A stretch of 61,679 bases of DNA, counting the filler, from Sphacelaria rigidula (Eukaryota): the NCBI GenBank assembly GCA_964200075.2. It is 4 parts of 4 records of this genome, joined end to end, with 100 filler letters (N's around TTAATTAATTAA, not from the genome) between each part and the next. Parts side by side here need not be neighbours in the genome. Positions count along the whole stretch, not along the records: positions 1 to 15,346 come from CAXNAA020001788.1; positions 15,447 to 30,791 come from CAXNAA020001789.1; 2 more parts are not named here. One strand, 5' to 3'. A program made the position numbers and the translations under genes. The notes under the pieces are model-generated. The model saw nothing but the letters and a program-made list of their open reading frames with translations. It searched no databases and was not told the origin of the DNA. Positions 13,701 to 27,123 of this stretch are shown here, in pieces (the first letter of the stretch is position 1; the number at the start of each line of letters is the position of its first letter).

Positions 13701-14418
13701 CTGTGCAAGTAAGTCTCTCGATGAAGAGGGTGTGTGGCGGTAATGATTTTGTCTGATTCAAGTTTAGCCTGTTAGGAACAAACGAAATGTTGGTATTGAT
13801 TTGGCAAGTTTTTTTTTGTTAACTTGAACCGAGGAGTAACTGACTTTCGGTTTTCATGAGGTATGTGCGGCAAATTATGTCGTGAAAACCAGCAGGCACC
13901 CGTGCATGCAGAGTTGCAGCCAAAACCTGTAATTCAATATCCCGAGATATGTCTACATCACATTTGACGAGAAGGAGTGCGAAATGCTGTTGAGCTTTCG
14001 AAGAAGAGGCAGCCGACTCTATTTTTCATCATGTTCCATTTCCTTTTCCATTTCGCTGTTTCATCACCCGTGTCCTACCCATCTCTGTCTCGCCCATGCC
14101 ACCCCCCCCCCCCACCCCCCTCCCCCTCCACTCCCCGTTCCATAGGCGGAAGTTGTCTCCCAGAATGTCCTTCGCTGTCGGGTGCCACCCGGCCCTGGGC
14201 CAGACTGCGTTGGCCGCGTGACGTTGCGTGTTGAGAATTCTCAGTGCCACAACGGTGGAGGCATTGGACGGTTGGAGTCGCCAGCAACCAGTCATGGAGG
14301 CAGCCGGAACGACGTCAGCAACCAAGGGATTTTGGGGGTGCATGTTTTCGAGTACAGAGCGCCCACCAACAGCCCATCGAGCACTCCTTCCAATGTCAGC
14401 CGCGGAGGGACTCCAGTG
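7743..14418 (+). CDS. CAMTA: CAMTA-like transcription factor (CG-1 DNA-binding domain + TIG/IPT domain), 3' part missing at contig end
   Basis: Phase-compatible exons 7743-7952, 9079-9150, 10681-11629, 12057-12391, ~13040-13708, 14146-14418. CG-1-like motifs: RRLNKEEVVLIL...SGTVYLCSK|ERVRVLKHDGIDYVKR...|IREDVVKMKVNG...FWRRRYAL...LVHYL. TIG motif: TIVDFSPTWDFSPGGAKLLI...FFADRPVQ|AEVVSQNVLRCRVPP...GRVTLRV...FEYR. Confidence 0.88.
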
Positions 14419-15346
14419 GTGAGCAGGCTTTTGTCTTTCATTGTGACTCCATGTGGGTGGGCGTTGTTTTCGGCGTCAAGGGAGAGGGTAAGACATTATG
14501 TTTCCCGTGTCCACTCTGTATTGGCGCATACATGTTGACGTTGTTTGTTGAACCAAGATTTGTCTCTTGCCACAGATCTCTGAGTCTGTGGACTGCCTCA
14601 AAGAGAAAGTCCAGTGCATTTGTATGATTGGTCGGGAGTGCACTTTTATGATCGGTCAGGCACCCGGGAGTTGTCAAGGAACACCTGTGGGAAAGAGTTT
14701 GTTTTCCTTGTTCGTTTTGATCTTAACTCCTTGAAGTCCCCAATGTTTCAACTCAGTTCAGCTGATTTTGGGCAAGCAGCTGTTGGCGAAACGTCGGAGC
14801 TTCGCATTTCGAGAACGAGGACAGCTCTTTTTTATGAGACAATACGTAGTGTACAGTGTATGTGGCGGAGATATATTTGTTCTGTCGAAGTCAAACATAC
14901 TTCAGACTGTACTGAAATTTCGGATATTCACGGAAGAATAATGTAATTCCCACGGGGAGCGGTCTTAAAAAAAAACGGTAACATTTTTCCAGCAAACTGG
15001 CTGGATATTCTTGGACAGTCCTGCGCCACAATGAAAGAAAACATATCGGAATGCCCGCACTTGTCTCGCATACAACAGTCATTAAACTTTTGAAGACGAG
15101 CTTTGCTTGTTAATTTCTCAACCGTGAGTGGAGTCACCACCGTGAAACTTGTCGGACACAACACAGGCAGTATGTGTGCCGCACAACAGATCCCTTTTTG
15201 CCACCGAGCAAATCAAACTATAAGCGAATACCGATATACTGTCAATATATACCATGTTCTGTTCGTTTTTTTTTTTCCTGTCCTGTCTTTTCTCCAGAGC
15301 GTGTTTCGGTTTCGTTTTTCTTGTGTACGTCTGTCATGATACCACG

Positions 15347-15446
15347 NNNNNNNNNNNNNNNNNNNNNNNNNNNNNNNNNNNNNNNNNNNNTTAATTAATT
15401 AANNNNNNNNNNNNNNNNNNNNNNNNNNNNNNNNNNNNNNNNNNNN
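15347..15446. other. Artificial contig linker
   Basis: 44 N + TTAATTAATTAA (stops in all six frames) + 44 N = 100 bp. Confidence 0.97.
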
Positions 15447-15735
15447 TGGCGGGCGGCGGTTGCCACATCCTGTTGAAAGCTCTCCACGGCGACTCATACT
15501 GCTCGATACATCTGTACATTGCCTGATGCGCACAACACCCGAAAGAGAGTACAGACAGTTTGTACTTGCACCTGAAAATAGATTGGATGAAAGTTTCGAT
15601 CTTCATCTCACCCTGCGGTTACATATATACGTGGATATTTAGCAATATGAAGCCACTGTTCCACGCATATGAAGGACACGTCATTCCTAACCAGTTTCAT
15701 TGGTCGTTCTGGAGGCCCAGTCCCAAAAGGGGTAA
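15447..15735 (+). mobile_element. Right-end fragment of the piggyBac-type family seen at 29487-30545
   Basis: Aligns with 30290-30549 (CATCCTG.TGAAAG...GCACCTGAAAATAGA.TGGATGAAA...GTCCCAAA.GGGG). Confidence 0.7.
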
Positions 15736-17320
15736 AAGTTCTTTTACGTCAACTTCAGGACAATTTTCATGGTTTTCTTCCACAAGTCCTTCTGTGGGAA
15801 TCGTACTCGCTTTCCCCTCGTCCCTTCACTCCTTGATAACAGGCAAATTGTCCGATTATTTTCAGGCATTTTTAGGCCTCCATCCAGCATGTTTCACTCC
15901 CGAGCATGTCCATATCGGATCGCCACGATACTTCAACCCCGGCAAGATTTCATGTTCCTCCTGCCACATCTCTCCGCACGTCTATATCCTGAACCCTACG
16001 AAGCTTTCTCCAGCTCCTACCCATCCCTATATTCTGAAGCGACTCAATACGTCCGAATACTTTGGTTATTTTGAACTGCACTGAAGATGCTGTTGTAGCG
16101 CGAGTTTGCGGTGTGTTTTCATCCAATAAATATATACCACAGGTTGTCATGTTTACTACACAGTAAGGTGCATCTGAAACTCACTTGAGCGGGATTTTTC
16201 GCCTTTTTCCTATATACCACCCGAGAGTGTTCAAAGAAGGTCGCGTTCACGACAAAAATCTCGATTTTGTCCTGTCGAAACAATTCGCAGTAAAACGCTC
16301 TTCACCGTTTTTTTGTTTTGTTTTTTTTTCTCTCTTTTTTTTTTTCCTTTCTATCTTCTCTCTTTTAGATTGGCCATTTCTTTCTGTGCTTTGCTTTTGT
16401 TAACTTTTTTCTTCTGTCATGTCTTAGTCTACTGTGTCGTTCTCTTCGACTTTTTCTTTTCCTTGTTTTTCTTCAGCGAATGTTTCAGTTTTGTTTTTCT
16501 TGGGTACGTCTATCATGTGACCACGCCTGGATCATGACTCCTGAGGGGTCAGCCAAAGTGTGACGATCAATCAATGATTCAATGAATGGGGAGGGGGCGG
16601 GGGGAGCGTTCTCATGTATTGCTTGCCGTAGTCGTTTGACCATTGACTACGCATCCCTTTCGAGACGGAGCACGGGGTGGGGGAGGGGGAATCGTCGACC
16701 GTGCTTGGCCCAAAATATGTTCTTGATTGTAGCGCAATGAACAGTTATAAACAAAAAAATTACAATACTCATGTTCCCAGAATGCCCGGAGTTGATGCGA
16801 TTGAGCGAAAAATCAAAGAGTCGTGACCTGGGGCTGCGCAGTCGCGGGATCCCCGATGACCGGTTAGCCCATGAGTTGTTAGATATTCATCGTAAGCATG
16901 GTTAAACTCTCGAAATTTGGGCCGGATAATAAATTATCCCGATTCCCAATTTTGGAGATTATTATTTTACCATGATAAGTCACGTCGTAACCGAAAAACA
17001 AAAAGCTAGAACTAAAAACGTTTTAAACCAGAATTTTCAAACCCAGATGCATCCTGCTGCTGTGTTATCACAGATGAACAACACAGGTTCGGGTGCACGA
17101 TAGGCTTGCTTCTCTGAGCGGATCCTACACGTGCTGGCCTGCCACACAGTGACAAATTGAAGCTTGCGCCAAGGCTCGAACCGCATATTTGCACCCTATC
17201 CACAAGCATGATTTCCCCACAAACAAGTGGGAGTCCCGTGATATGCGTGGGAATTCCATTATCTTGCGATCGGTGTGTTACCAGGCCGGCACGACCCACT
17301 ACAGATCCTTCGAAGTATAT

Positions 17321-17490
17321 CACACCCTGGACAAAATATGGTCAATAGCTACAACAGACGAGACGTGTACTGCATAAAGTATAGGTCTATTGCAACTATT
17401 GCCGGCCAACAACAGTCGCAATAGACCTACACTTTATTCAGTACACTTCTCGTCTGTTGCAACTATTGACCATATGTTGTCCAAGGTGTG
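17321..17490. mobile_element. Fold-back hAT-type MITE (CACACCCTGGACAA family)
   Basis: 170-bp imperfect palindrome with a perfect 8-bp TSD aagtatat on both sides. Confidence 0.88.
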
Positions 17491-18336
17491 AAGTATATAT
17501 ACATATATATATGCGAGCTGTGTATTTGTAAAATACAAACGGGAAATAGAAGCAGAAGACAAGGAACGTTACAACGGAGGTATAGAGCCCATCGCTCCTA
17601 CTCGACAGACCAGCATATAGAAAAAAAGTGAACCAAAGATCACAAACCCTCGCAGAAAAAACAAAATGAAAATCTCGCGGCTATTTGCCTATACTACGAG
17701 ACCGGAGTGCGTTCGCCGTTTGGGCGTCGGGTTTTCGCAAACTAGGCCAGTGTGCACATACACACCTGCCAATGCGTGAGGGTATTGAAATCAAGACGCA
17801 TGTACGTATATGTTTTTCAACTTGTATACTCCAAAACAATAAAAGTCATCTCCACATCCCTACTCCTGCCAGAGCATTTCATATCCGTGTTTTCACCGGC
17901 CACGCGACCATCTCCCCACCATCCGCAGAAATAAATGAAAAAAGACAGAGACAGCGGGACACAATCCCAATCGAGTGAAGAAGGTGCAGAAACAAAAAAT
18001 ATAAAGCAGTCAGCATCAGAAGTCTGCGGACTTCGTAATTTCTTCTTAGTTGGAGTTTCTCCATAATTCCTTCGCCTGCCAACGCTCATCACAGTGGATG
18101 TCTGATGCCGAAAAATGGGGATCTTGAGATATTATAATCACTTTGACGGATACCGGAAGAAAAAACTCCGCGATCAATATTGAGTGATTTACCGGCTTGA
18201 CCGATCTTCGGGGGTCCTGCGAAAGTGCAACCCCAGGCTCTAGCTTTTCGGTATTTTCAATGGAACTACTCGATCCCGATCATATATATGAAGACGTTTT
18301 TTTTTCAATTCGACCTATCCACTGCGCACTGCGCTA

Positions 18337-18860
18337 GAGCCGGAAAACTATGTTTCTTGAGCCATTCATTCACAGTCAACAACACCCTCCTGATACACGG
18401 GGTCTTTACTCCGTATCGCCCTCCACCACACCGACTTGGGCGTTGTGGTTTGAGCACCACCTGCTTGTTTTGCCAGAAATTTTGATTCTAGCACTTTCGA
18501 GTGCTCTTGGAGAATAGAATGCGAAAACCTCGAAAAAAAGCCATCCACGGAAAATGCTGGACTGAGATCTGTGCAGGACAGGAGGGAAGGACGATCTCGA
18601 TCGTTATTTGAAGAATTGTATACATATCAATTTATCTGAATATTTACCGTTTCGTTGCGGAAGAGCCGGGAAGTGTTTTTGTTGGACCGAAGGCGGCCAA
18701 TAACACCCTCCTGATAAACGGGGTATCTAGCCCGTATCGCCCCAAAAACACCAACTTGGGCACTGCGGTTTGAGCGCGGCCTACGCTTTCCACTTGATAC
18801 TACCGACGCTAGCACTTTCAAACTAATGAAGAATAATACTTGAGAAAAAATTAGAAAAAT
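18337..18860 (+). repeat. Diverged direct repeat, period ~325 bp
   Basis: AACACCCTCCTGATA.ACGGGG...CCGTATCGCCC...ACTTGGGC...GGTTTGAGC...CTAGCACTTTC near 18381 and 18702. Confidence 0.75.
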
Positions 18861-20246
18861 TATAACAGCTACGAATTCGGCAGACTTCTGATGCTGACTA
18901 TTATATAAATATATATAAATTCCGTGAACGCAGAAAACGACGCGGTAGCGGCGGCACACTGAGAGTCTTATGCTGGTAGCATGAATGCGCCATTGTCGAA
19001 GTCTCGAACAATATGAGATATTCCTTGTTCTACTCCCTGTACGGCATGAGTCCTGCTGTGTGTGGTCGTGTGCTGTGCAAGGATGGATACAATCCACTTT
19101 CTGACACATCAAACACAACGTTGGGAATCTGGGGCGAGATACAGAGCGGCAGGTACATGTGTGAGATGGTTGTGTAGTAGAAATATGGCAGTGTGGGTTG
19201 GGTTCAACGGCGGCTTTCGTGACGGCGGTCTCCGTGCTACAGTGCTGCCGCTTTTGCTGCTGCTTTCGCCGATAGCTGGTGGTGGTTCGTCCGTACATGT
19301 GTGTGTGAGCGGCGGTGCTGTGCGTGTGCGTGCCGTGCGCGTGCGCCATGTGTCGGATCTCTTGTGCGCCCGTCATGTTAAAAATGGTGTTGGTTGGACC
19401 GGCGGATCTGCACAAATGCACCGTGACTTGCAGTGGGACTGGTTCTTTTTTTGGAGGGTCTCAAAGCTTGCCTGTACAGACAAAAAATACGCCGGCTGGT
19501 TCTCGTAAGGGTAGCTACCCTTCCGAAATCATGAAAAAAATGAACGGGCAGGCGAACGGGAACATGTGCGGGACCATGGCGGCGTCATAGCGATCGGGTG
19601 GGTACCGCTAAAAACATGAAGCAAGGATGCACACAGCACTGCACCTACGCCGTGTGAGCTCTACAATGGTGCTCGCGATTCAACAACGCCTAAACCTAAG
19701 TGTAACTCTTGGATGACTGAGCATGGTATACTTTCTTCGGTTGGATCCGGTGAGAACTGAATGAGAAGCGATGTTCCCAACAGCAATGACGCAGGCCAAA
19801 CACTGCAAACGTTCTCTAATAAGCCCGTTTTCAGCACGAACTTCGCGAGTCTTGGTGATTTTCATCCCCTACAGAAGGTATTTCCGTGAACAAACGCGTC
19901 GTTTACGTGGCTGAGGGAGGCCCCCCTATCACATGCGCCTATACTTGCGTGCTTCACAAATAGTGAGCACGCTGTACATCGAAGGACCTCTACATACAGT
20001 TTCACGGCCTTGTGAAAGACCCAGTAAACAATTCCCGCAAGGCATGTAGGTCCCGATTCCCGCAAGGTATGTAGGTCCCGATGTAGCACTTGTACCTTGC
20101 TCGGTCAAGCTACTGTTCGTTCCTGTGGTCATTTTTCTCTGTGGAACAAGATCTACGCAAAACAACAACAAACCGACTCGATTCAGAAGTCGTTTCGCAA
20201 AATATGAGATAGGACACGACTCGAAACACAAGTTCACAACTCTTGA

Positions 20247-20344
20247 CCCTTTGACCGCCAGGGTTTGCGATTTAGGTATCATAACCGTTCTTGAGATGAG
20301 AATGCTGCCGATTCAATAGATGACTCACCCTGGTGGTCAACGGG
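20247..20344. mobile_element. 98-bp piggyBac-type MITE
   Basis: TTGA|CCCTTTGACCGCCAGGGT ... ACCCTGGTGGTCAACGGG|TTAA (16/18 TIR match). Confidence 0.75.
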
Positions 20345-22578
20345 TTAATACAACAAGTTTCTCACAGAGGATACCTATGCTACGCAGACTGCACTGTGTC
20401 CTACATGAAGACAGATATTCTACTCTCTCGAAAATCTCGAAAAGGGTAGTGAGCATTTTTACGCCGATGTTTCCGTCGCGTTACAAAGTCTTTTAACATG
20501 ATTTGGATATATTGCGTCTGTTGAGATTCCAGGGCTTTCGCCAATGACTAGGAGACGAACGACGCAAAACTCATTGCATACTTTAATGGGGAGGGGGTGA
20601 GGAGGGGAGGTAGGGGGTAGGGAATGTCCGTCAGGTATGATAGCATATCACAATATACATCGGTAGATCACAAGTTCACTGATCACATCACGTCAATTTT
20701 GGTGCTCATTATGAAGGAGCTGGGGATATGATATTTCACATATCGCGACACATTAACATATCACGATATGAAACAGTATGTCAGGCCGATTTTGGAGCCT
20801 TTTTATAAGCACACATCCTTCGGGGAGGGGGGGAGGGAGGGGGAGGGGGGGGGGATTATTTTCCATGAAGTGACGAAGATCCACGGGAAAAAAGTGCGAC
20901 AAGTGATTTGTACCTATCCACCATTTGGACACGCAATTTTGTGGCTTGCGGAGAGATTGAGCACCAACCACATCAAGGGAAGAAGAACTCACACACGATG
21001 AATCTAAACCGTTGCTGTGCCGTAGTCGTTGCGTAGACGTGCTGTACTGGGTGTACCAGGTACGGCCCGGCGCGGATTGCTCCGCAGACATTATCCATCA
21101 TATACAACAGACAGTACGTAAAGCTTTTGTAGAGACCTCCACATCAACACAAAGATCCTTCTGCAAAGTAACCACAGCAAGTTGTACGTCCTTACTCCAA
21201 ATGGGCGTCACACCAAATAACCGCAGACTAACTACTGTTAGCTGAGCGCTTAATCACACCATTAAATGCCAACATCCCTTCCTCTTGTCCTGCCCCCAAC
21301 CCCCCCGTCCGCGTGCGTCTCGCTCGCTCGATGGCAAAGGTGGGGGTATTCATTACCCAACCACATGCTGTACTCTGTCGATGGTTAGCTTTCACCTGAA
21401 GAGTCGAGGCAAAGGCGAAGCTGGAAGTGTCATGACGCCGAAGCACTTCCCTCGGCTTATCCTCAGTGGCCTCCTGAGCTACCGCGGATGATGCCGTTGC
21501 CAGGACAGCGCCCGCCATAATCAACACCCATGATTCCTTGCTTTGATGCTTGGTCGATGTCATCTGTCCTCCTTGGTAACTGAGAAGGTGAACACACCAC
21601 TCTTTGCAATATCTTGTTCGCTCCCTACAGCTTTGAAGCTTTTCTTCGCACACAAAAACCTCAGTAAATGCGAAACAATCACTTGAATCCTCCAGTGGAC
21701 TTGGCACCCCGGATCCAGCAGCAGGCAGTAGGCAGGTGGTGACAACAGGGTCACCTTCAGATAGGATACGGCACCACCAGGCGCATTTCGATTGGCTCAA
21801 GCAATAACTTCTGCATGTCATTATTCAAACGTGCACCGTTTCCCCATGAGTCATTATTCTATCTTCATACAACAATGAATTATTTTATCTTTCTTCGTTA
21901 TCAACCAGGACGTCACCTACGGAGTAGAGACATCAGCAGAGTGCAGCAGCCGCAGCCGTGAAAGCGCACCGAAACCCCGCACAATAAAAGCACCGACACC
22001 CCTGCACTCCACCCATCTCCCTGTAGCAGTCGGCGGCCCTCTTGCGGAAATTCATCACGCCATAAATCAAACTGCAAGTGGCGCTGTTTGAATTGTCCTG
22101 AAAAGTCAATTTCAATAAAGAAAATTGAGCTTTTTTTCGGGATTGCTCACTTTGAGAGAAAAGCGAGTGGGCATAGATAGCTAGAGGTGAGAGAGCAGCC
22201 ACGCCCATGGACTCGTGATATGCGGAGACTACCTAAGATCTTCCCTGCGTGTTGTAGTTGCTGTGCAATATCCAGTCATCACCGCTCCAGTCTTGTCGAG
22301 CTGTGAAGCAAACCTGCGGGCGTTCAGTGCAGCAGCAGCGACAGCAGCAGCAGCAAGCGACGGCCAAAGACCAGCGCAGAAGTAGCAGCAGCACCGTCTT
22401 CGACTGTAGACTAACTGTTACTGGACAACTGTTCTTCGCAGCAGCTGGACAGAGCAGCTGCGCTTAAACAGCACCCACACCAGGAAGCAAGAAACAGGCG
22501 GCCTACAACGATAACGGCAACGACAATAGTCACGACAGTAGGAGCAGCAGCAATAGTAGGTAGGGTTATACACAGAGG

Positions 22579-22926
22579 ATGAGCAACAGCCACAACGAAC
22601 AAATGCGAGCTAGCAACGGTGGCGGCGACGACAGCGGCAGCGGTGTATCCACGCTGCCGTTGGAGCTCGGGGGCATTTCCGATGAACGCAGAGCGCAGTT
22701 GGAAGGACGCAGACAGAGGGAGATGGCGAGGCAGCAGGAACAACAGGAGAGGGTTGCGGGCAACGGTAGCTTCCGGTGGTCGCCTATAGCTATGATCCCT
22801 GCACACCTTTGCGTGCTTATCTTCCTGGTGTTCTTGTTGGAGAAGCTAGAGGGAAGCACAGATTGGCCCTGGGCAACTGTCCTGTGTCCCCTGTGGATTA
22901 CAGATGCCGTGTTTATCGTCATCAAG
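22579..22926 (+). CDS. First exon of a TMEM185/FAM11 (transmembrane Fragile-X-F)-like membrane protein
   Basis: ATG-initiated 116-codon exon ending AAG|gtgggt. HLCVLIFLVFLLEKLEGSTDWPWATVLCPLWITD matches the family motif LL.F..LL..KLDG...WSW..VF.PLW. Downstream exons not identified. Confidence 0.65.
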
Positions 22927-24423
22927 GTGGGTGGTCGTTCATTTCTCTCCTGCAGGAGGTGTCGGGGTTTTCGTTTAGTTTGCTCATTGCCAGGGACTTT
23001 CTCGATGTCTTCACTTCCTCTTCTGTCGGTGCGTCCTTTGTATCTCTGTACAGTGCAGTTGCGCTGTTCACGCAGGAGCCTATGCTGGAAAATTTCAAGT
23101 CAGTGTAAAGTGGGGCGTGCCAGTTTCCCCTCTAATCTATAACAGCAACAGTAGTTACCTACCACTGAGCACGTCAGCACGGAATCGCCTTGCGGAATCT
23201 TACTTCACGTGCAGTACAGTACAGACATCCACCAACCAGGTGTTGTCGTTGATGCCGGATGCGGTGTGAGAAGCTCACCTCTAACAGTGCACTGAGCAAT
23301 ACACCCAAAACTTACAGCCGAACGGACATTGCACAGAGGAAAATGATGATGGTTGTACTGCGGACTCCCTCCCATACCCCCAGCCCTTTCTCTTGTCCGC
23401 ACTGCTGGACTTCTGTACCTCTGGCGTGTTCTGCAGGTACTGCGCTCAAATCCATGAGCCTCTCTGTCCCAAACTCGAGACGGCGTTTTTTTTGGCAAAC
23501 TTGAGGAACAATCAGCTTTGAAGCCGATGAGATGGGGTGTGTGCTGTCTGCAGCTCTCTTCGTCGTGATACACCCTACTGCTACACATTGTGTTGCATTG
23601 CATTCTACTGCACGGTACTGCATTGTACTGTCTGTTGTACCCTACTGTATCTTACTCCGCTGACTGCTGACTGTATTGTACTGTTTTGTTCAGCGTGTAG
23701 TCCACATCTCTGCATGTAAAACCTGTGACTGTTGGGCAATTCTATAGTAACCGCTCCAAGATACGACCAACGCGGCTGGCACTATATGTACTTTTGGTGC
23801 TGTAAGTGCTAAATGTGTGGGGGCCTGTTTGGACGCATCAAGTTTTCCTCTCTGTTCTTCCCGAGCTCGCGTTCACCGGGTCGCGCGCGTTATACGCTAC
23901 AGTATTTATAAGGTGGTGTCACACAAATATTCGAGGGGCAATGTACCGGACAGTACGAACATGTGAACTTCCTTGCCGCATGGAATAATTTATTCCACGT
24001 AGCATAAAACTTTCTTTCTGCCCCGTCGTTTCTTTTTTTGTTCTCTCGAAAGTTTTGTTTCTCGACAAATTCCCTCCTGTCTCGTGTCACCTCGTTGCAC
24101 GCTCGAAGTCATTGTCATCCCGCATTTTATCTTGCTCTGCTTCACCGTTTACTGTACTACTGTACACCAGCGCTGTACTCTACTGTACCATCCTTTTGGC
24201 GTATCTCTTGGGACGCCAGGGGCGATGACGCAGTCATTCGATCATTTTGAGGGTAGAGGTACTCGTGGGCATACACGTCGCTGCTGTGGTGTAGTGAACA
24301 CTGAATACGTTTACAGGTAGCTAGTGTCTGACGTCTTGGAGAAGATTGAGTTGTGCACTCCAGACCGGCCGATCTGACCTCGATACGTACAGCACGTATT
24401 CTACGGAGTACTTGTATATATTG

Positions 24424-24575
24424 CACACCTCGGACGATATATGATCAACAGTTGCAATAGACGAGAAACCTACTATATAAAGTATAGGCCTATTGCGACT
24501 ATTGTCGGCTGGCCTACTTTATACAGTACACTTCTCGTCTATTGCATCTAATGGCCATATATTGTCCAGGGTGTG
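24424..24575. mobile_element. Fold-back hAT-type MITE (CACACCCTGGACAA family)
   Basis: Palindromic copy with TSD atatattg/acatattg. Confidence 0.83.
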
Positions 24576-25474
24576 ACATATTGTAAATCGGGAAATGGGT
24601 GGAGTACAAGGACACTACTGTTTGTATGAACGGTGCTTCATGGTGATATCTTGGCCGTCAGGTTGCTCTACGTCTCGTTTAGCGAAATATGTTCGTCGGG
24701 ACTATGCCGTAAACGGCGGAGGGCGTAGCGGGCTTGCATGTTGGCCGAACGATGTGCTATGTGGAAACGCGTAGCACGCACATTGCCCGAAAAAATCTAT
24801 TGAAATATACGATGGAAAGACGTATCGACCGAACAGTACTCCGAAAACCTGCGGAAGCATATTGAGTTCGTATATTATTTATTTTACTGTTTTTTTTGCT
24901 TCATCTCATGTTATTATTTTGTGTTTTATTTCAATTATGTTGTATCTTTCATTATTTTCCCTGTGCTTTTCTCGTTATTCTCCTTCCCTTTTCTTCCCTT
25001 TCCTTCCCTTTCCTTCCCTTCCCTTTCCTTTCTTTCCTTTTTTTCACTTTTCTATTTTTATATATTTTTGGTGTCTTGAGCTCACTCGTTTTGTTCATTT
25101 AAATATGTATCCCTTCTACATTTCTTTCTCTTTGGGGAGGGTTTCCGTTTGTTTACCTCGGGTATCATTGTCAGAAGGAAGAGGAGTTGAAAGTATGTCA
25201 AGAAGATATGAAATCTCACTTCAACGTTACACATTCCCCTTGACAGCTCTTATCCTCCATAGTCAAAGATACCTGGGGGTGGAATTTCCCGTCATCATTT
25301 TCTCTGTGGGGTGTCATTTCAAGTGTTGGAAACGGGTGCTTTCGGGCCTGCGAGGTGACAGTATTGGGGTGGGTGGTGTATCCCGTGTTCACAAATCCAT
25401 TGGGGATGTCATCCTCCGTTAGCCAGAATGCCTCGAGGGAGTTCCATCCACAACAGTATGAAAAACACAGGTAG

Positions 25475-25860
25475 GTGGGGGGTGCTATATCCCGTAATCA
25501 CATTCTGTTCGGTATGTTGTCATCCATAACCGCAAATCCCTCGGGGATTTTTTCCTCCTCGATCACGGAGCCCTCGGCGAGTGCCATCCTTAGCATTTAT
25601 AACGCAGGTAGGTTGGGTGGGCACTTACGGGTTCGGGAGACGATACTAATCGGGAGGCGCTGTATGTGGGGGGGGGATGCTATATCCCGCAATCACATTC
25701 TGTTCGGCATGTTATCGTCCATAACGGCAAATCCCTCGGGGATGTTATCCTCCTCGATCACGGAGCCCTCGGCGAGTGTCATCCTTAGCATTTAAAACGC
25801 AGGTAGGTTGGGTGGGCACTTACGGGTTTGGGAGATGATACTAATCGGGAGGTGCTGTAT
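25475..25860 (+). repeat. Tandem duplication, 2 units of ~190 bp
   Basis: Near-identical adjacent copies (TGCTATATCCCG.AATCACATTCTGTTCGG ... AATCGGGAGG.GCTGTAT). Confidence 0.9.
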
Positions 25861-27123
25861 TCCAGCCCCAAATCCTACGGGGTTGTTATCTTCCGTGATT
25901 GAAAAAGCTGAGGGCGTGCCTTGGCACCTTTTTTTCCTGTCGAATAAGTGCGGTCGATTTTTTTCTGCCGGTCTGATAGATCCGCCGCATTTATGTTCCT
26001 AGAAGGCTTCAACTCAAAATTGTAATCAGCGGCGCGCTGAGAAGAATAGCTCGAGGCGAAGAACAATCGTTTTCGATCGAGAACATGCGATCGAAAGGCA
26101 CGAAACGGCAATTGACTCCTATCTTACAGATCACCACGCCAGAGAGCTGTTCACAGGACCATGCAAGTTCCATCCAACTCATTCTCAACTGCCACCGCAA
26201 CCCTGCAACATAGAGCACGAGGCGAGCCCATAGATACACTGCAGTACTTGGGTGTGCTTCGTTGATGTTTGTTGGCGAAGACTTGCGCATCTTCTCTCAT
26301 GGTATGGATCAGCGATTGAATTGCGTGGTACGGTGGGCAACCGAGTTGCGTGCACGCTCATGGACAACGGTGCAGGCAGTAAAAAGCGGCACGTTGCTGA
26401 AGTCCTCTTCACGTTGCATCGCAAGCAGAGAGAACTGATAATCCTGGGCTGTCTGCACTGTACGTTGCCCGCTTCTCTTTTTGTATCCTCCTGTACGAAA
26501 CACGCACACACGCACTCAAGACACTGCTTGCAAGCAGTGCAGACAGTAAGTACAGACTGTCTGTACTACACGAGTGACCATGTACCGTTTCACGAATTTC
26601 ACCGTCTTTTTTCGATCGAAAGCTTGAAAATCCATCTGTACCGAACTACGTCAAAACGGGAATATTTAATATTTCGGTCAGATCGATTCCACTGCCCCAT
26701 TTTTGCGATCGAAGAAAAAAGTGCGAAGACACGCCCTGAGGGGTGTTATCCTTAGTAGAAACAAAAGACAGATTTGGTGGGGCCCTGACGAGTTCGGGCA
26801 GGCCTTTGCTCCGTAAGCTCTTTTGCGCCAAAAAACATGATGTTCTTGTCGCGAAAGAGCTTACCGTATTTTTGGCGCGAAAGAGCTCACGGAGCAAGGG
26901 CCTAGGTTTGGGAGTTTTTTGTTGGTACATTTTATATCCCGTAGTCGCAAATTCCTGGCAGGTGTTATCCCCCACGATTCCGAAAGTTCTAGGGGAGTGA
27001 TGTCTCGAGTATGAATACACACAGGCTTGTTGGGTGGGGTCATTGTATTGGAGTACATTTTACTCTGCAGTTGAAATCCCCCGTGTATGCAGGAGCCGCC
27101 GTGCTTCAAAAATACGTGATTAT

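Noticed and set aside
15391..15402. TTAATTAATTAA as a biological motif or piggyBac site
   Set aside because: Identical in all three N-flanked gaps, so it is an assembly linker.
18627..19508. Overlapping 264-aa and 148-aa ORFs
   Set aside because: Open on both strands because of GT/CA-rich low complexity. No domain or splice support.
24862..25422. Hydrophobic 186-aa ORF resembling a membrane protein
   Set aside because: Translation of T-rich and (TTCCC)n simple sequence.
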